Assembly: GCA_963666055.2 (NCBI GenBank)
Contig: CAXWPH010000015.1
Span: 160,001-224,000 of the forward strand
DNA length: 64,000 nt
Source of the DNA: Acidobacteriota bacterium
GTDB taxonomy: Bacteria; Acidobacteriota; UBA890; WLXD01
Reading direction: 5' to 3'
The translations under genes were made by a program, and so were the position numbers. The notes below the pieces were generated by a model. That model did not search any database. It was not told the DNA's origin and was given only the letters and a program-made list of their open reading frames with translations. Each line of letters begins with the position of its first letter. The stretch's first letter is position 1. Below are positions 59,822 through 64,000 of the stretch, one piece after another.

Positions 59822-61912
59822 ATGAGGATCTTGTCGCCCCTGCGTCCGCTGATGGCGCCGTTGTTGTCCGCGGCTTTATTGGCGCCGCTTCTCAGCACGA
59901 CGGCGCGCGCGGCACCGATACGAGATCCGGCCCAGCAGGAGCAGGAAGAGCAGCAGCAGGAGCAGCAGACGACCAACATCCAAGAGGTCGTCGTTGTAAC
60001 GGCGTCGCGCACCGAGGAGCTGTTGCTGGAGGCACCGACTGCGATCACCGTTATCGCCGCCGCCGACATCGCGCTGAGCGCGGCGCAGAACTACGCTGAC
60101 CTGATGCGCGGCGTGCCTGGACTGAACGTCATCCAGACGAGCGCTCGGGATGTCAGCATGTCGTCTCGCTCGTCCACCAACACACTGGATGCATCCCAGT
60201 TGGTGCTCATCGACGGGCGGACCGTGTACCTGGACTTCTTCGGGTTCGTCGCCTGGGACCTGTTGCCGCTGGATTTCTCCGAGATCGAGCAGATCGAGGT
60301 GATTCGCGGTCCGGGATCGGCGGTCTGGGGAGCCAACGCTCTTAGCGGCGTAGTGAACATCATCACCAAGTCCCCGAGGCAGTACGGCAACGCATTCCGG
60401 GTGCGCATGGGTGGCGGTGAGCGCGGCACTGGATTCGCCTCGATCACCTATTCGGGCATACGCGGCAAAACATCATTTCGGGTGACCGGGGCCTATTCAA
60501 CGCAGGATCCGTGGGACCGACCGGGTCCGTTGCCCAACGGCATCTCGCGGGATACGTTTTCGAATCAGGGCTCCCGACAACCGAAGTTCGACTCCCGTGT
60601 CGATGTTGACACGGGAGTCGACTCGTACTTGTCGCTTTCCGCCGGTGTCGCCGGCACGGGCGGCACGATCCACTCCGGCATTGGCCCATTTTCGATCTTC
60701 GACGGCATGACCTTCTCGTACGCGCGTGCCGATTACAACTGGCGGCTGTGGAACTTTCGGGCCTACGCTAACTTCGTCGACGGCGACTCCCTCAACATAC
60801 TGAACGGACTGCCGTTCAATTTCAGGACCCAGACCTACGATTTTTCGGCTACGAACACGTCGCTTCTCGGGCCGCATGCAGTCACCTACGGTGGAAACTA
60901 TCGCAAGCTGAGCTTCGACCTGTCGATTGCCCCAGGGGAGGACAATCGTACCGAGGGAGGGAGCTTCGCCACCTTCGATCTCGATATCAATGACTACGTG
61001 ACGATCAACGCCGGAGTTCGAGGCGACTATTTTGATGTCATCGACGGCGCGGTGACTTCGCCGCGCGGGGCGATTCTGTTTCACCCGGCCGGATCATCAA
61101 ATCACGTGATCCGCGCCGGCTTCGGTCGTGCCTTCCGAGTTCCCTCGCTGGTCAATAGCTACCTCGAGGTGGAGATCTTCAACGCCGTCAACGTGGGCCC
61201 ACCGATCGGGCAGATCGTCTTTCCGACCACTGCCGTGGGGAATCCCGAACTGGTCGAGGAGCGGCTGGATCAGTTCGAGATCGGCTACCGCGGCTCGGTG
61301 GCGAACGGCAAGTTCTCCTGGGACATCGCTGCCTACCGCACCGAGACCAAGGACAGCATCGACTTCTACACCAGCGAGACGTATACGGCCTTCAACCCAC
61401 CTCCAGACTGGTCGCTGCCGACGTTCCTGTTGCCGCCCTTCGGTCCCGTGGCGTTGCCGGCGCTGTTCACCTACCGCAACATCGGCGAGATCGTGAATAA
61501 GGGTTTCGAGGTCAGCTTGCGATACCTTCCGATGGCGCGCAATACGGTGATGGCCAACTACTCGTATCAGGCCGAGCGCGAGGTCAAGGGCATCCCTGAG
61601 CAGGACATCGGGATCTCGCCAGAGCACCGCTTCAACGTCTCGTACAACGGCTGGAGCGGCAATCTGTACTACGGCGCTTCCGTCAATCACGTCGGCGAGG
61701 CTTACTGGACGGATGTCCTAGACTCCCGCTTCTGGGGCACTACCGAGTCCTACACGACGCTCGACACGACGCTCGGCTACATGTTCCTCGACGGCACGGC
61801 AGAGGCTTCAGTGCGCGCTACGAACCTCACCGACGTCGGCGTGCTGCAGCACATCTATGGCGACATCATTGGTCGGCGCGTGGTGTTTGAGCTGTCGGTC
61901 AGCATCAGATAG
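59822..61912 (+). CDS. TonB-dependent receptor
   Basis: EVVVVTASR, LVLIDGR, IEVIRGPGSAVWGANALSGVVNIITK, AFRVP, GNPEL; GGAGG RBS. Confidence 0.93.
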   Translation: MRILSPLRPLMAPLLSAALLAPLLSTTARAAPIRDPAQQEQEEQQQEQQTTNIQEVVVVTASRTEELLLEAPTAITVIAAADIALSAAQNYADLMRGVPGLNVIQTSARDVSMSSRSSTNTLDASQLVLIDGRTVYLDFFGFVAWDLLPLDFSEIEQIEVIRGPGSAVWGANALSGVVNIITKSPRQYGNAFRVRMGGGERGTGFASITYSGIRGKTSFRVTGAYSTQDPWDRPGPLPNGISRDTFSNQGSRQPKFDSRVDVDTGVDSYLSLSAGVAGTGGTIHSGIGPFSIFDGMTFSYARADYNWRLWNFRAYANFVDGDSLNILNGLPFNFRTQTYDFSATNTSLLGPHAVTYGGNYRKLSFDLSIAPGEDNRTEGGSFATFDLDINDYVTINAGVRGDYFDVIDGAVTSPRGAILFHPAGSSNHVIRAGFGRAFRVPSLVNSYLEVEIFNAVNVGPPIGQIVFPTTAVGNPELVEERLDQFEIGYRGSVANGKFSWDIAAYRTETKDSIDFYTSETYTAFNPPPDWSLPTFLLPPFGPVALPALFTYRNIGEIVNKGFEVSLRYLPMARNTVMANYSYQAEREVKGIPEQDIGISPEHRFNVSYNGWSGNLYYGASVNHVGEAYWTDVLDSRFWGTTESYTTLDTTLGYMFLDGTAEASVRATNLTDVGVLQHIYGDIIGRRVVFELSVSIR

Positions 61913-62106
61913 TGATGGCATGGTCCGACTCACCAGTCGGGCTCGGGGATCACCTTGCCCGCTACCGATCTGGACGATCGGTGGTGTGGGATGGGCCTGT
62001 CATGCTAGCGATGCTACACTCGGCGCCGCACCACAGAAATGGGCGAGGCTAGGGTTCCTCGTGGCGTAGGAATGAGACCCCGCCGCTGAACCAGGAGTGA
62101 ACGTTT

Positions 62107-63104
62107 ATGCGCAAGGCAAGTGTTGTGTTCACCGCAGCCGTTCCGACGATCGCCGTAGCCGCGCTTGTGATCGCGGGGCTCGACGTTCGCCCGTTGAGGG
62201 CAGGTGACCACTTCGACTCGCCCAGCGTCCTCAAGGACGGCCGCACTGACATCGGCGATGTCTACATCTTCCCGGCCCAGAAGAAGAAGAGAGAAACGAC
62301 GCTGATCATGACCGTGGCCCCGCTCGCGGGCCTATTGAGCCCGGCGGAGTTCAACGACGAGGCCCACTACATCTTCAACTTCGACAACGACGGAGACTTC
62401 AAGGTCGACCGCCAGTGGGCGGTGGCCTTCGATGGTGACAACATGCAGTTAGCCTCGATGGCGTAGAGATGGGCTCAGGCTCATATGGGCGGCGGCCAAT
62501 CCGGCTCGACGGCGGCGGGCGGGCGAATGCAGGGATGTTCGACGATCCCTTCTACTTTGATCTGCTGGCGGCGCAGAACGGGCTGGCGTTCTGTCCGGGG
62601 GGTGTGGGTTTCGACTTTTTCTCCAACGCCAACGTGATGGCGATCATCCTTGACATACCGAACGGCAGCGTCGGGCTAGATGTGCTGCCCGGGGTGAACT
62701 TCTGGGGCTCAGTGCAGATAGGTAACAAGCAGATCGACCGCATGGGCCGTCCGTTCATCAACCTGTTTTTGGTGGGGCCATTGAAAAAGAACCAGAACGC
62801 CTTCAACAAGAACAAGAGGCCCCACAACGACCCCAAGAGGTTCGGCACGGTGGTCAACAACAACGTGATGGCGCTCGGCGCCGACGAAGCGACCGCCGCG
62901 GTGCTGGTGGCCGCGCTGCTGCCCGACGTGATGCAGTACAGTCGGCAGGCAGAGAGTATGTTCCCGAACGGCCGCGGGCTCGCTGACGACGTTGCCAACA
63001 TCACCCTGGCGTTGTTGACAAGCAACCCGGCAGCGACCGACTGCGTCGACGGCAACGACGGGGAGTTCTCCAAGAAGTTCCCGTACCTCGCCGCCGCCCA
63101 CTGA
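62107..63104 (+). pseudogene. DUF4331-family secreted protein with a 1-nt frameshift
   Basis: DHFDSP, DIGDVYIF, DDPFYFD, QIDRMGRP, PNGRGLADD, FPYLAAAH; frame switch near 62445. Confidence 0.8.
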
Positions 63105-64000
63105 CCGGGCGAGATGAAAGCCGCCGACCGCCTCCCGAAACAAGATCCCAGAATGCGCTGAGATCCCAGGCGGCGAGCCGCTCGGCACGTTTCGCTTCTT
63201 CAACCGCCCATTGCTCGAACGAGCTCGTATAAGTGTCGATCCAGTCCTCATGCCCGCGCGCTTCGGCCAGCATCAGGTTGTAGAGGAGGCTGGCTCCGTG
63301 CATGACCTCCGAGAAGATCCGCGCGTGTTTCAGCTGCCGCCGGATGCGCGTTGGGAACTCCGCCGCTGCCACGTGCTCCCAGGCAAAGCCCACGCGATCC
63401 CAGGGCTCTTCCACCTGGTCCACGAGGTGGGCCAAGAGCGTGCAGGGTGCTGCGCTCAGGATGCGCTCCCGCAGATACTCGGCCTCACTGAATCGGAGCC
63501 TAAGCTCGGCGCCCTCCGGAAAACCAGCTGGCGGGTCAGGGATGTGTGGATGCCAGTTGGTGGGCTCCGGGCTTGAAGCTTCGTTTTCACGATCACGCGC
63601 TTGACGACCCTTGAGTCGAACATAGAACTGGTCGAGGCTGCGGTGGTATTGAGCCTGGGATCCCTGAAACTGCAGAATCCCCCAACGCCGAAGCCCCGCC
63701 CAGTAGACGCTGCTAGGCATCCGCTTCACGGCTGCTCCTGCCTCGCCGCCGATGACACCTTTGACGTCGTCGCTCTCAGAGAGGTGCTTGATCAGACGTC
63801 CTTCGGCGCGGCGGAAGCGAATCCCGATGCGCGAGCTCCGCACCGCTCGCCGCTCGAAGTCACGACACATCCAGGGGATGAAAAGGAAGTACCGGGCGCG
63901 GGTCTGGATCGTCGTCGTGCCAGGGAACAGCAACTCGGCCAACGGGTCCCGAACCCCTGCCAGGCCGAGCTCGTCGCGCGTGTCACGTATCTGGAACAGC
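63105..64000 (-). pseudogene. DUF6361-like protein, cut by the window edge and apparently 3' truncated
   Basis: RDELGLAGVRD, LFPGTTTIQTRARYFLFIPW, PSSVYWAGLRRWGI, MHGASLLYNL. Confidence 0.7.

Overview
GC-rich bacterial window. The PadR + duplicated orphan permease pair, repeated PQQ-type beta-propellers and a VPS10-type hydrolase suggest Acidobacteriota (inference). Positions 1-45 kb are mostly backbone: lepB, kbp-like LysM/BON, sahR-ahcY, four PQQ-like propellers, dut, an orphan GriC/GriD-like adenylation/reductase pair, an M20 hydrolase and a SorAB-like sulfite oxidase with cytochrome c. The backbone is interrupted by CTAG-flanked miniature elements built from a repeated structured module, a small tyrosine-recombinase element next to a retron RT remnant (22.7-24.5 kb) and a split Ser/Thr kinase gene. 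Positions 45-64 kb are a decayed mobile region: frameshifted integrase, DUF2924, HsdR and HNH remnants, a degenerate tRNA-Ser, at least six IS3-family copies or remnants, two TonB-dependent receptors, an outer-membrane barrel, split DUF4331 and truncated DUF6361. No CRISPR array or rRNA was seen. Family calls are by motif recognition, not database search, and some frameshifts may be sequencing errors.
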